Of a stretch of 64,000 nucleotides of DNA, positions 49,659-59,728 are shown piece after piece; position 1 is the stretch's first letter; the number at the start of each line of letters is the position of its first letter. The notes beneath the pieces were generated by a model, which did not search any database, was not told the origin of the DNA, and saw only the letters and a program-made list of their open reading frames with translations. The stretch is from positions 2,932 through 66,931 of the forward strand of contig JBFXKW010000013.1 in the NCBI GenBank assembly GCA_050173345.1, written 5' to 3'. Made by a program: the position numbers and the translations under genes. The DNA comes from Alphaproteobacteria bacterium (GTDB lineage: Bacteria > Pseudomonadota > Alphaproteobacteria > UBA828).

Positions 49659-52592
49659 ATGTGGGACGACGTATTTCTTCTGTTCATACTCGTCCTTCCT
49701 TTCCTAGGCAGCCTCATCGCAGCATTTCTCCGGGCCAACGCGCGCAACGCCGAGGCCTGGCTCGCCGGCGCGGTCGCGCTGTGCGGGGTGATCTTCGCCG
49801 GCGGCTTCTACCCTGCCGTCGCGGACGGCGGCGTCGTCCGCTACGAGGTGGAATGGCTGCCCTCGCTCGGCATCAATTTCGCGCTCAGGATGGACGGCTT
49901 CGCCTGGATGTTCGCCGCGCTGGTGACGGGCGTCGGCTTCCTCGTCGTGATCTATGCGCGCTACTACATGTCGCCGGCCGACCCGGTGCCGCGCTTCTTT
50001 TCCTTCCTGCTCGGCTTCATGGGCTCGATGCTCGGCATCGTGCTCTCCGGCAACCTGATCCAGCTCGTCTTCTTCTGGGAGCTGACCAGCCTCTTCTCCT
50101 TCCTCCTGATCGGCTACTGGCACAACAACGCGCGGGCGCGCGAGGGCGCGCGCATGGCGCTCACCGTGACCGCGACGGGCGGGCTCTGCCTGCTCGGCGG
50201 CGCGCTCGTGATCGGGCACATCGTCGGCAGCTACGACCTCGACCAGATCCTGATCTCGGGCCACGAGATCCGCTCGCATGACCTCTATCTTCTCGCGCTC
50301 GTCCTCGTCCTGCTCGGCGCGCTGACCAAGAGCGCGCAGTTTCCGTTCCAGTTCTGGCTGCCGCGCGCGATGGCCGCGCCGACCCCGGTATCGGCCTATC
50401 TCCATTCCGCGACCCTGGTGAAGGCCGGCGTGTTCCTGCTCGCGCGGCTCTGGCCGGTGCTGGCCGGCACCGACGAGTGGTTCTGGATCGTCGGCACGGT
50501 CGGCCTCTGCACCTTCCTGCTCGGCGCCTATTTCGCCATCTTCCAGCAGGACCTGAAGGGCCTGCTCGCCTACTCGACGATCAGCCATCTCGGCCTGATC
50601 ACGCTGCTGCTCGGCCTCGGCAGCCCGCTCGCAGCAGTCGCCGCTATCTTCCACATGATGAACCACGCCACCTTCAAGGCGTCGCTCTTCATGGGCGCCG
50701 GCATCATCGACCACGAGACCGGCACCCGCGACATCAGGCGGCTGAGCGGCCTCTACCGCTTCATGCCGATCACGGCGACGCTCGCCATGGTGGCGGCCGC
50801 CGCCATGGCGGGCGTGCCGCTGCTCAACGGCTTCCTCTCCAAGGAGATGTTCTTCGCGGAGACCATAGAGACTCATGGCGACACCGCGCTCGATGCCGTG
50901 CTGCCCTATGCCGCGACCTTGGCCGCCATGTTCAGCGTGGCCTATTCGCTGCGCTTCATTCACCAAACCTTCTTCGGCCCGGCGCCGGCCAACCTGCCGC
51001 GCACGCCTCATGATCCGCCGCGCTGGATGCTGGTGCCGGTCGCCTCCCTGGTGGCGATCTGCCTCGTGGTCGGCATCGTGCCGGCGCTCACCATCGGGCC
51101 GGTGCTCAAGGTTGCCGTCCACGCCGTGCTCGGCCCGGACACGCCGGCCTACAGCCTCGCCATCTGGCACGGCTTCACCCTGCCCCTCCTGATGAGCGTG
51201 GCCGCGCTCGCGGGCGGCGCGCTGCTCTACCTCGCCCTGAACCAATACCTGCTGCGCGCCATCGCGGGCTCGCCGCTGCTGCGCCGCTTCAACGCCCAGC
51301 GCATCTTCGACCGGCTGATGGTCGCCCTCTCCTGGCGCGCAGCGAAAGGCGCGTCCAACCTGATGGGCACGCAACGCCTCCAGCCGCAATTGCGGCTGCT
51401 GGTCAGCGTCGCGATCGTCGCCGCGCTCGGGCCGCTCTATCAGCGCGGCGTGCAGGGCGGCGGCATCTCCGCCGCCGGCCTCGACCCGATCTTCGCGCTG
51501 CTCTGGGCGGTCGGCGCGATCTGCGCGCTCGGCGCGGCCTATCAGGCCAAGTTCCACCGGCTCGCCGCGCTCGTCCTGATGGGCGGCGCCGGGCTCGTCA
51601 CCTGCATCACCTTCGCCTGGTTCTCCGCGCCCGACCTCGCCCTGACCCAGCTCCTGGTCGAGATCGTCACCACCGTGCTGCTGCTGCTCGGCCTGCGCTG
51701 GCTGCCGAAGCGCTTCGCGATCGCGGGCTTCGACGCCAGCCCCGAACTGACGGCCCGGCTGCGCCGGCTGCGCGACCTCGGCCTCGCGGTGATCGTGGGC
51801 GGCGGCATGGCGGCGCTGTCCTACGCGGTGATGACCCGGTCGATGCCGGACAGCATCTCGCGCTATTTCGTCGAGCGCGCCTATACCGAAGGCGGCGGCG
51901 CCAACATCGTCAACGTCATCCTGGTCGACTTCCGCGGCTTCGACACCTTCGGCGAGATCACCGTGCTCGGCACCGTGGCGCTCACCGTGTTCGCGCTGCT
52001 GCGCCGCTTCCGCCCGGCGCCTGACAACGTCGCCAAGCCCGAGCAGCAGATGGCCCGCCTGGCGCAGGCCGGCCAGCGGAGCGGCGGACGCTGGGAAGAC
52101 GTGCTCGCCGACACGCTGCTGGTGCCTGCGCTGATCATGCGCCTGCTCTTCCCGGTCATCGCGACCATGGCGATCTACCTCTTCATGCGCGGCCACGACC
52201 TGCCGGGCGGCGGCTTCGTCGCCGGGCTCACCATGTCGATCGCCTTCATCCTGCAATACATGACCGGCGGCACCCGCTGGGTCGAGACGCGCCTCACCAT
52301 CCTGCCCGTCTTGTGGATCGGCCTCGGCCTCACCTTCGCGGTCGGCACCGGGCTCGGCGCCTGGCTGTTCGGCTTCCCCTTCCTCACCTCGTACGCCACC
52401 TATGCCGAGCTTCCGGTCATCGGCACCGTGCCGTTCTCCACCGCCATCATCTTCGACCTCGGCGTGTTCACGCTGGTGGTCGGCGCGACCGTGCTGATCC
52501 TGATCGCGCTCGCCCACCAGTCGGTGCGCAGCCATCGCGCCGCCAAGACCGAGACGCCGTCGCCGCTCGCGGTCGCGGCGGGAGGCGACTGA
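49659..52592 (+). CDS. mrpA: Na+(K+)/H+ antiporter subunit A (fused MrpA/MrpB, PhaAB-like)
   Basis: 977 aa, NuoL-like core plus MrpB-like C-terminal module. Confidence 0.9.
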   Translation: MWDDVFLLFILVLPFLGSLIAAFLRANARNAEAWLAGAVALCGVIFAGGFYPAVADGGVVRYEVEWLPSLGINFALRMDGFAWMFAALVTGVGFLVVIYARYYMSPADPVPRFFSFLLGFMGSMLGIVLSGNLIQLVFFWELTSLFSFLLIGYWHNNARAREGARMALTVTATGGLCLLGGALVIGHIVGSYDLDQILISGHEIRSHDLYLLALVLVLLGALTKSAQFPFQFWLPRAMAAPTPVSAYLHSATLVKAGVFLLARLWPVLAGTDEWFWIVGTVGLCTFLLGAYFAIFQQDLKGLLAYSTISHLGLITLLLGLGSPLAAVAAIFHMMNHATFKASLFMGAGIIDHETGTRDIRRLSGLYRFMPITATLAMVAAAAMAGVPLLNGFLSKEMFFAETIETHGDTALDAVLPYAATLAAMFSVAYSLRFIHQTFFGPAPANLPRTPHDPPRWMLVPVASLVAICLVVGIVPALTIGPVLKVAVHAVLGPDTPAYSLAIWHGFTLPLLMSVAALAGGALLYLALNQYLLRAIAGSPLLRRFNAQRIFDRLMVALSWRAAKGASNLMGTQRLQPQLRLLVSVAIVAALGPLYQRGVQGGGISAAGLDPIFALLWAVGAICALGAAYQAKFHRLAALVLMGGAGLVTCITFAWFSAPDLALTQLLVEIVTTVLLLLGLRWLPKRFAIAGFDASPELTARLRRLRDLGLAVIVGGGMAALSYAVMTRSMPDSISRYFVERAYTEGGGANIVNVILVDFRGFDTFGEITVLGTVALTVFALLRRFRPAPDNVAKPEQQMARLAQAGQRSGGRWEDVLADTLLVPALIMRLLFPVIATMAIYLFMRGHDLPGGGFVAGLTMSIAFILQYMTGGTRWVETRLTILPVLWIGLGLTFAVGTGLGAWLFGFPFLTSYATYAELPVIGTVPFSTAIIFDLGVFTLVVGATVLILIALAHQSVRSHRAAKTETPSPLAVAAGGD

Positions 52593-52936
52593 TGGAGCTC
52601 GTGCTCGCGCTCGGCATCGGCGCGCTCGCCGGCTCGGGCGTCTGGCTGCTGATGCGGCCGCGCACCTACCAGGTGATCATCGGCCTGTCGCTGCTCTCCT
52701 ATGCGGTCAACCTCTTCATCTTCGGCATGGGGCGGCTGCGCATCGACGCCCCGCCGATCCTCGAGCCCGGCACGATCGGCGATCCCGCGCAGCACGACGA
52801 CCCGATTCCCCAGGCACTGGTGCTGACCGCGATCGTCATCGGCTTCGCGACCACGGCGCTCTTCCTCGTGGTGCTGCTCGCGACGCGCGGGCTGACCGGC
52901 ACCGACCATGTCGACGGCCGGGAGAGGAAGCGATGA
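52592..52936 (+). CDS. mrpC: Cation/H+ antiporter subunit C (NuoK-like)
   Basis: 114 aa, 3 TM helices. ATG overlaps the mrpA stop. Confidence 0.85.
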   Translation: MELVLALGIGALAGSGVWLLMRPRTYQVIIGLSLLSYAVNLFIFGMGRLRIDAPPILEPGTIGDPAQHDDPIPQALVLTAIVIGFATTALFLVVLLATRGLTGTDHVDGRERKR

Positions 52937-54579
52937 GCGGCGCGCTGAGCCACCTCATCCTCGCCCCCATCGTGCTGCCGCTGGTCGCCGGCACCCTGAT
53001 GCTGCTGTTCGACCGGCGCCGCCGCTCGCCGAGGGCGGCGATCGGCCTTTCGGCCGTCATCGCGCTCATGGCGACCGCGGCTACCCTGCTCTATCTGAGC
53101 TGGACGGAAGATGCCGGGGCCGCCTTCCGGCCGAGCGTCTACCTGCTCGGCAACTGGCCGGCGCCGTTCGGCATCGTCCTCGTGCTCGACCAGCTCTCGG
53201 CGCTCATGCTGGTGCTGACCAGCATCCTGGCGCTTGCCTCGCTCGTCTTCTCGCTGGCGCGCTGGCACCGCGCCGGCGTGCATTTCCACCCGCTCTTCCA
53301 GTTCCTGCTGATGGGGCTGAACGGCGCCTTCCTGACCGGCGACCTGTTCAACCTGTTCGTCTTCTTCGAGGTGACGCTGGCGGCGTCCTACGGCCTGGTG
53401 CTGCACGGCTCAGGGATAAACCGCGTCAAGGCGGGCATGCACTACATCGCGATCAACCTGACCGCGGCCGCGCTCTTCCTGGTCGGCGTCAGCCTGCTCT
53501 ACGGCGTCACCGGCACGCTCAACATGGCGGACCTCGCGGTGCGCGCGGCGCAGGTCAAGCCCGAGGACCGCATGCTCTTGGAAACCGGCGCAGCGCTGCT
53601 CGGCGTCGCCTTCCTGGTCAAGGCCGGCATGTGGCCGCTCGGCTTCTGGCTGCCGACCGCCTACACGGCGGCGAGCCCACCGGTCGCCGCAATCTTCGCG
53701 ATCATGAGCAAGGTCGGCGTCTATGCGGTGCTCCGGCTCTGGCTCCTGCTGTTCGGCAATGGCGGGAGCGAATCCGCCGGCTTCGGCGCGGACTGGCTGC
53801 TCTATGGCGGCATGATGACGATCGTCTTCGGCATGATCGGCATCCTGGCCTCGCAGGACACGGCGCGGCTCGCCGGCTTCACGGTGCTTGTATCGTCCGG
53901 GACGCTGCTCGCCGCGATCGGCACCAACCAGGTCGGCGTCACCGCGGGCGCGCTGTTCTACCTGGTCAGCTCGACCATCACGATCAGCGCCTTCTTCCTC
54001 CTGATCGAGCTGGTCGAGCGCGGCCGCGGCTACGGCGCCGACATCCTCGCCGTCACCAGCGAGGCGTTCGGCGAGGGAGACGAAGCCGAGCTGCCGGACG
54101 AAGACGAGGCCGGCACGCCGATCCCCGCGACCATGGCGGTGCTCGGCATCGCCTTCCTGTGCTGCGCGGTGCTGCTGTCGGGCGCGCCGCCGCTCTCGGG
54201 CTTCATCGCGAAGTTCGCGGTGCTCTCCGGCCTGTTCCACTTCGGCGAGGAAGTGGGCGCCGGCGTCATCAGCGCCCAGAACTGGGCGTTCGTCGTCCTC
54301 CTCATCGTCTCCGGCCTCGCGGTCCTGATCGCCATGATCCGCGCCGGCATCCGCTCGTTCTGGAGCCCGGTCGAACGCGAGGTGCCGCGGGTCGGCGTGG
54401 TCGAGATGGCGCCGGTCGCGGCCCTGCTCCTGCTCTGCGTGACCATGACGGTGCAGGCCGGCCCGGTGATGCGCTACATGGAGGCGACGGCGCGCTCGCT
54501 GCATGACCCGGTGCGCTATGTCGAGGACGTGCTGTCGGCGCCGCGCGTCGCTGCCAGCGACGCGGAGGCCGGGCCATGA
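52933..54579 (+). CDS. mrpD: Cation/H+ antiporter subunit D (NuoM/N-like)
   Basis: 548 aa antiporter-like subunit. Confidence 0.9.
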   Translation: MSGALSHLILAPIVLPLVAGTLMLLFDRRRRSPRAAIGLSAVIALMATAATLLYLSWTEDAGAAFRPSVYLLGNWPAPFGIVLVLDQLSALMLVLTSILALASLVFSLARWHRAGVHFHPLFQFLLMGLNGAFLTGDLFNLFVFFEVTLAASYGLVLHGSGINRVKAGMHYIAINLTAAALFLVGVSLLYGVTGTLNMADLAVRAAQVKPEDRMLLETGAALLGVAFLVKAGMWPLGFWLPTAYTAASPPVAAIFAIMSKVGVYAVLRLWLLLFGNGGSESAGFGADWLLYGGMMTIVFGMIGILASQDTARLAGFTVLVSSGTLLAAIGTNQVGVTAGALFYLVSSTITISAFFLLIELVERGRGYGADILAVTSEAFGEGDEAELPDEDEAGTPIPATMAVLGIAFLCCAVLLSGAPPLSGFIAKFAVLSGLFHFGEEVGAGVISAQNWAFVVLLIVSGLAVLIAMIRAGIRSFWSPVEREVPRVGVVEMAPVAALLLLCVTMTVQAGPVMRYMEATARSLHDPVRYVEDVLSAPRVAASDAEAGP

Positions 54580-55067
54580 TCAGGCGCTGGCTGCCCTTCC
54601 CGCTGCTCTCGGCCTTCATCTTCGGCATGTGGCTGCTGCTCAACCAGAGCCTGTCGTCCGGCCATCTCATCCTCGGCGCGGGACTCGCCATAGGTGGCGC
54701 GCTGTTCGTGACGGCGCTCGCGGTGCCGCGCATCCGCCTGCGCCGCCCGCTTGCGCTGGCGAAGCTCCTGGCCGTCGTGCTGCGCGACATCATCCGCTCC
54801 AACATCGCGGTGGCGCGCATCATCCTCGGGCCCCGCCTGCCGAACGAGATCTCGGGCTTCGTCGACGTGCCGCTCGAGCTGCGCGCGCCCTACGGCCTCG
54901 CGCTGCTCGCCATCATCATCACGGCGACGCCGGGCACGCTCTGGGTGAGCTTCGATTCGCGGCGGGGCATCCTGACCATCCACGTGCTCGACCTGGTCGA
55001 CGAGAACGCCTGGATCAGGCTGATCAAGCATCGCTATGAAAGGTTATTGAGGGAGGCCTTCGAATGA
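54576..55067 (+). CDS. mrpE: Cation/H+ antiporter subunit E
   Basis: 163 aa MrpE. Confidence 0.85.
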   Translation: MIRRWLPFPLLSAFIFGMWLLLNQSLSSGHLILGAGLAIGGALFVTALAVPRIRLRRPLALAKLLAVVLRDIIRSNIAVARIILGPRLPNEISGFVDVPLELRAPYGLALLAIIITATPGTLWVSFDSRRGILTIHVLDLVDENAWIRLIKHRYERLLREAFE

Positions 55068-55345
55068 GCGCGGCGGTATTGAGCTGGGCGCTGGTGGCGG
55101 CGCAGATCATGCTGGTGATGGCCATGGCCTGCGCGGCCTTCCGCCTGATCAGGGGGCCGCGTGCGCAGGACCGCATCCTCGGGCTCGACACCCTCTACGT
55201 CAACGCCATGCTGTTCCTGATCGCGCTCGGCATCAGCGACGGCAACACGCTCTATTTCGAGATCGCGCTCATCATCGCGCTGCTCGGCTTCGTCGCGACC
55301 GTGGCGCTCGCAAAGTTCCTGCTGCGGGGCGAGGTGATCGAATGA
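55064..55345 (+). CDS. mrpF: Cation/H+ antiporter subunit F
   Basis: 93 aa MrpF. Confidence 0.85.
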   Translation: MSAAVLSWALVAAQIMLVMAMACAAFRLIRGPRAQDRILGLDTLYVNAMLFLIALGISDGNTLYFEIALIIALLGFVATVALAKFLLRGEVIE

Positions 55346-55701
55346 TGATGCACGAGATCGACCTGCCGGCCTGGGCCGCCTGGCTCACCGCGCTGCTCGT
55401 GGTGCTCGGCGCGGGACTCACCCTGATCGGCTCCTTCGGCCTGATCCGGCTCGGCGACTTCTTCCAGCGCGTCCACGCGCCGACGCTCGGCACCACGCTC
55501 GGCGCCGGCGCGCTGCTGCTCGCCTCGATGATCTGCTTCTCGGTGCTCGAGACGCGCCTCGTCCTGCACGAGGCGCTGCTCGCCGTGTTCGTGACCGTGA
55601 CCACGCCGGTGACGCTCATCCTGCTCGTCAAGGCCGCCCGCAGCCGCCCCGACGATGAAGCCGCCCCTCCCGCCCCCGACGCGAAGGACGAAGCCGGCTG
55701 A
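55342..55701 (+). CDS. mrpG: Cation/H+ antiporter subunit G
   Basis: 119 aa MrpG. Confidence 0.85.
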   Translation: MMMHEIDLPAWAAWLTALLVVLGAGLTLIGSFGLIRLGDFFQRVHAPTLGTTLGAGALLLASMICFSVLETRLVLHEALLAVFVTVTTPVTLILLVKAARSRPDDEAAPPAPDAKDEAG

Positions 55702-55784
55702 TACCGGGCCTCTCGGCCGGCGCGGCCTCCCTCGACTTCCCTGCGCCGATCGGCCCATGATGGCCGGCGAAGGGTGGGGAGCCG

Positions 55785-57305
55785 ATGGTCGCGCACATCA
55801 ACACGGTGGCCTTCCAGGGCATCGAGGCCGCGCCGGTCGACGTGCAGGTGCATATCGGCTCGGGGCTGCCCGCCTTCGCGGTGGTCGGCCTGCCCGACAA
55901 GGCGGTCGGCGAATCGCGCGAGCGGGTCCGCGCTGCGCTCAGCTCGCTCGGCCTCTCGCTGCCGCCGAAGCGCATCACGGTCAACCTCGCGCCGGCCGAC
56001 ATCCAGAAGGAGGGCAGCCATTACGACCTGCCGATCGCGCTCGCGCTGCTGGTCGCGATGGACGTGCTGCCGGGCGAGGAGCTCGCGGGCTATGCCGCGC
56101 TCGGCGAGCTTGGCCTCGACGGCGCCTTGATCCCGGTGGCGGGCGTGCTGCCGGCGGCGATCGCGGCCAATGCCGCGGGCCTCGGCATCGTCTGCCCTTT
56201 CGCCAATGGCGGCGAGGCGGCCTGGGGCGGCGGCAAGGAGGTGCTCGCGCCGAAGACGCTGCTCGCCCTGATCAACCACTTCAAGGGAACGCAGCTGCTC
56301 GGCCGGCCCGAGCCGGTCTTCGTCGATGACGGCAGGGACTATCCCGACCTTCGCGACGTGAAGGGGCAGGAGACCGCCAAGCGCGCGATCGAGATCGCGG
56401 CGGCCGGCGGCCATCACCTCCTGATGATCGGGCCGCCCGGCGCCGGCAAGTCGATGCTGGCCTCGCGGCTGCCCGGGCTGCTGCCGCCGCTCGAGCCCGA
56501 GGAGGCGCTCGAGGTCAGCCTGATCGCCTCGGTCGCGGGCAAGCTGGTCGACGGCCGGCTGACGCGGCGCCGCCCGTTCCGCGAGCCGCACCACTCGATC
56601 TCGATGCCCGCTTTGGTCGGCGGCGGCCTGCGCGCGAAGCCGGGCGAAGTCTCGCTCGCCCATCAGGGCGTGCTGTTTCTCGACGAGCTGCCCGAATTCC
56701 CGCGCCAGGTGCTGGACGCGCTGCGCCAGCCGATCGAGGCCGGGCGCGTCACGGTCGCGCGGGCCAACGCGCATGTCAGCTACCCGAGCCGGTTCGGCCT
56801 GATCTGCGCGATGAACCCGTGCCGCTGCGGCTACCTGTCCGATCCTTCGAGGGCGTGCTCGCGGGCGCCCAGATGCGCGGTCGACTACCAGTCGCGCATC
56901 TCGGGGCCGCTCTATGACCGCATCGACCTGCATGTCGAGGTGGGCGAGCTCTCGGCGGGCGACCTGGCGTTGCCGCCGCCGGCCGAAGGCTCGCGCGAGG
57001 TCGCGAACCGCGTCGCGCGCGTGCGCGCCGCGCAGGCCGCCCGCTACAAGGAGCGCGGCGCGTTCCCGAAGGTGCGCACCAACGCCGAGGCCGAGGGCGA
57101 GCTGCTCGAAGCCGTGGCGGCGCCCGACCAGGCCGGCAGGAGCCTGCTCGGCGAGGCGGTCGACCGGCTCAAGCTCTCCGCCCGCGGCTATCACCGCGTG
57201 ATGCGCGTCGCGCGCACGCTTGCCGACCTCGACGGCTCGCCCGGCGTCAAGCGGCTCCACATCGCCGAGGCGCTCTCCTACCGCCGGATCGAGCTGCCAC
57301 GCTGA
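55785..57305 (+). CDS. comM: YifB/ComM-family Mg-chelatase-like AAA+ ATPase
   Basis: N-terminal Lon-like ChlI_N domain, Walker A GPPGAGKSM, C-terminal Mg_chelatase_C. Confidence 0.9.
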   Translation: MVAHINTVAFQGIEAAPVDVQVHIGSGLPAFAVVGLPDKAVGESRERVRAALSSLGLSLPPKRITVNLAPADIQKEGSHYDLPIALALLVAMDVLPGEELAGYAALGELGLDGALIPVAGVLPAAIAANAAGLGIVCPFANGGEAAWGGGKEVLAPKTLLALINHFKGTQLLGRPEPVFVDDGRDYPDLRDVKGQETAKRAIEIAAAGGHHLLMIGPPGAGKSMLASRLPGLLPPLEPEEALEVSLIASVAGKLVDGRLTRRRPFREPHHSISMPALVGGGLRAKPGEVSLAHQGVLFLDELPEFPRQVLDALRQPIEAGRVTVARANAHVSYPSRFGLICAMNPCRCGYLSDPSRACSRAPRCAVDYQSRISGPLYDRIDLHVEVGELSAGDLALPPPAEGSREVANRVARVRAAQAARYKERGAFPKVRTNAEAEGELLEAVAAPDQAGRSLLGEAVDRLKLSARGYHRVMRVARTLADLDGSPGVKRLHIAEALSYRRIELPR

Positions 57306-57439
57306 GGCGCCGCTTCGCGGCGTGCGCACGAAGACACGGATTTCTTCCTTGAACCGCCGCGTTGCCGGCGGGCCATGATGCCGCTTCCTTACGAGGTCGT
57401 CCGGCAAGCGCCGGACCGGTTGAGGCGGGAGGGATCGCG

Positions 57440-57787
57440 ATGGCCCGGGCCGATTTCAACATGATTCGCTTCGATCAGGAGTTCACCGCCGGTTCGCCCT
57501 CGGCGACCAAGCAGTTCCCCATCGAGGGAAACGCCGTGCCGATCGACGACGCCTACCTGCTCATCCAGGTTCAGGGCGTCGCATCGCCCCATGCGATCCA
57601 GATCAACGGCACGGTGCTCGAGGCCGGCGGCCTGGTGCCGGCGCCGGGCAGCAGCCAAGCCTGGCGCGTGGGCATGAACCGCATTCCGCCCGGCATCCTC
57701 AAGCTAGGCGCGAACACGATCACGATCGTGCGGCACGGCAATGACGATTTCCGCGTCGGTTGGGTCGTGGTGAACTGGCGGGAATAG
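57440..57787 (+). CDS. Hypothetical small protein (115 aa, predicted beta-rich)
   Basis: RBS GGGAGGG 6 nt upstream of ATG. No recognisable domain. Confidence 0.45.
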   Translation: MARADFNMIRFDQEFTAGSPSATKQFPIEGNAVPIDDAYLLIQVQGVASPHAIQINGTVLEAGGLVPAPGSSQAWRVGMNRIPPGILKLGANTITIVRHGNDDFRVGWVVVNWRE

Positions 57788-57921
57788 CCGACGCGCCTCC
57801 GCCTTGCCGCGGTCGATCCTGATGGCCTTCATGCGCTTCCTCCGATGCGCGTGAGACGGCCCTCCCCTCAAGGGTCAACCTGGAGCGGATTCGCACCCGC
57901 GCGCGAAGGGTTCTTTCCGCA

Positions 57922-57952
57922 CCGGCCCACTCGTCACGCGTGGGCCGGTTTC
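57922..57952 (+). terminator. Putative intrinsic terminator hairpin CCGGCCCAC-tcgtcacgc-GTGGGCCGG followed by TTTC
   Basis: GC-rich 9-bp stem plus a short T-run, ~135 bp downstream of the hypothetical gene, between convergent genes. Confidence 0.4.
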
Positions 57953-57979
57953 AGGCTTCCGGGAGGACGCCGCCTTTCA

Positions 57980-58072
57980 TCGTCATGCCCCGCGAAGGCG
58001 GGGCATCCAGGGGCAACGGCAGGGCGTTTTCAAGGACTCCTGGATCGCCCGGTCAAGTCGGGCGATGACGAT
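57980..58072. repeat. Family-1 palindromic repeat element copy
   Basis: cgtcatgccccgcgaaggcggggcatccagg ... ctggatcgcccggtcaagtcgggcgatgacga. Confidence 0.85.
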
Positions 58073-58093
58073 GAAAGACGAAGCGCCCGATCG

Positions 58094-59131
58094 TCAGTGC
58101 GCGGGACGGGCGGCGGGCACGATGGCGAGTTCGAGCCGCTCGGGCAGGCGCAGCACGCTGAGCCGGGTCGCCATGCCGATGCGCTCGGCGGTCAGGCCGC
58201 GATGCAGCGCATCGATCCCGGCGACGGGTTCCCCACCGAATCCGACGATGAGGTCGCCGACCTTGAGGCCGGCCTTGGCGGCCGGGCTCTCCGGCTCGAT
58301 CGAGGCGACGCGCACCGCGGTTTCGGCGGCCAGCTCGTGATGACGCACGATGCGGCGCGGCAGCGAAACGGTCTGCCCGGCGAGGCCGATATAGCTGCGC
58401 CGCACCTTGCCATGGCCGATCAGCTCGGCGACCACGAAGGCCGCCGTGTTGCTCGCGATGGCGAAGCAGATGCCCTGGCCGGCGCGGATGATCGCGGTGT
58501 TGACGCCGATGATCGCGCCGTCCGCGCTGACCAGCGGGCCGCCGGAATTGCCGGGGTTGAGCGCGGCGTCGGTCTGCACGATGTCGTCGATCAGCCGGCC
58601 CGTGCTGGAGCGCAGTGAGCGGCCGAGCGCGCTGACCACGCCGGCCGTCACCGAGTACTGGAAGCCGAACGGGTTGCCGATCGCGACGGCGAGTTGGCCG
58701 ACCCTGATCTTGCTCGAATCGCCGAACGACGCATAAGCGAGGCCGTCGGCATGCAGGCGAAGCACGGCAAGGTCGGTGTCGGGGTCGTCGCCGACCGGAT
58801 AGGCGGTCAGCGTGCGGCCGTCGGTCAGGGTCGCCTCGATCGAGGCAGCGCCGTGCACGACATGGCTGTTGGTCAGCACGAAGCCGTCCGGCGTGATGAT
58901 CACGCCGGAGCCGGTGCCCATCGGCGTCTCGCCGTTCGGGCCGCGGCCACGGTTGCGGAACGTCACGGCGAGATGCACCACGGCGGGCGCGACGCGCTCG
59001 ACCGCGCCGACCACGGCGCGCGAATAGGCGTCGAGCAGCGCGGCGTCCGAGGCCGCGTCGCTCTGCGGCGCCTCGGCGGGCGCCGGAGCGTCGGAAGAGG
59101 AATAGCGTTCGTCGAGGACGAGGTCGAACAT
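58094..59131 (-). CDS. Trypsin-like serine protease with one PDZ domain (HtrA/DegP family, S1C)
   Basis: Catalytic triad context (TNSHVV ... DLAVL ... GNSGGPL) plus a C-terminal PDZ. No obvious N-terminal signal peptide from ATG 59131. Confidence 0.8.
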   Translation of the reverse strand: MFDLVLDERYSSSDAPAPAEAPQSDAASDAALLDAYSRAVVGAVERVAPAVVHLAVTFRNRGRGPNGETPMGTGSGVIITPDGFVLTNSHVVHGAASIEATLTDGRTLTAYPVGDDPDTDLAVLRLHADGLAYASFGDSSKIRVGQLAVAIGNPFGFQYSVTAGVVSALGRSLRSSTGRLIDDIVQTDAALNPGNSGGPLVSADGAIIGVNTAIIRAGQGICFAIASNTAAFVVAELIGHGKVRRSYIGLAGQTVSLPRRIVRHHELAAETAVRVASIEPESPAAKAGLKVGDLIVGFGGEPVAGIDALHRGLTAERIGMATRLSVLRLPERLELAIVPAARPAH

Positions 59132-59237
59132 GGCGACCCTCCCACAGCATTCAAGTGATTTCAGGGAATCAGATGTCGTCGCAGCCGGGCGCCCGTTCAA
59201 GGGGCGCATGGCCGGCCCGCGCCCGACGCCGAGCCGT

Positions 59238-59720
59238 TCAGAGCGCCTGGTACATGATCAGCGCATCGACATAGCCGTGGCGCGGCGAGCGGAACGCGCC
59301 CGGCAACCGGCCGACGATTTCGAAGCCGCAGGCCTGCCAGAGATGCACGGCGGGCGCGTTCGAGCTGATCACCAGGTTGAACTGCATGGCGCGGAAGCCG
59401 CGCCGCCTGGCGTGCTCGAGCGAGTGCAGGCACATGGCGCGGGCGACGCCCCGGCCGCGCGCCTCGACCGCGGTGACATAGCCGCCATTGGCGACATGCG
59501 CCCCGCCGCCGCCGGTGTTGGCGCGGAAATAGTAGGTGCCGACGACCTTGCCGTCCTCCTCCGCCACGAACACCTCATGGCCCGGCTCGAACCAGTGAAC
59601 GAGCGCGGCAGCACGGGTCATGTCGCGCGGCAGCGGATAGGTCTCCCCCTCGCGGATCATCGGCTCGATGACCCGCCAGATCGCCTCGTCGTCATCGCGC
59701 GTCGCCTCGCGGATCAGCAT
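59238..59720 (-). CDS. GNAT-family N-acetyltransferase
   Basis: Acetyl-CoA binding motif (VEARGRGVARAM) and ~160 aa from the internal ATG. Confidence 0.75.
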   Translation of the reverse strand: MLIREATRDDDEAIWRVIEPMIREGETYPLPRDMTRAAALVHWFEPGHEVFVAEEDGKVVGTYYFRANTGGGGAHVANGGYVTAVEARGRGVARAMCLHSLEHARRRGFRAMQFNLVISSNAPAVHLWQACGFEIVGRLPGAFRSPRHGYVDALIMYQAL

Positions 59721-59728
59721 CAGCGGCC

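Noticed and set aside
49704-52535. 943-aa minus ORF antisense to mrpA
   Set aside because: mrpA on the plus strand is hydrophobic and multi-TM with conserved antiporter blocks. The antisense frame is Arg/Asp/Glu/Gly-rich low-complexity.
55272-57407. 711-aa minus ORF antisense to comM
   Set aside because: The plus strand encodes full-length ComM with a Walker A motif. The antisense frame is an artefact.
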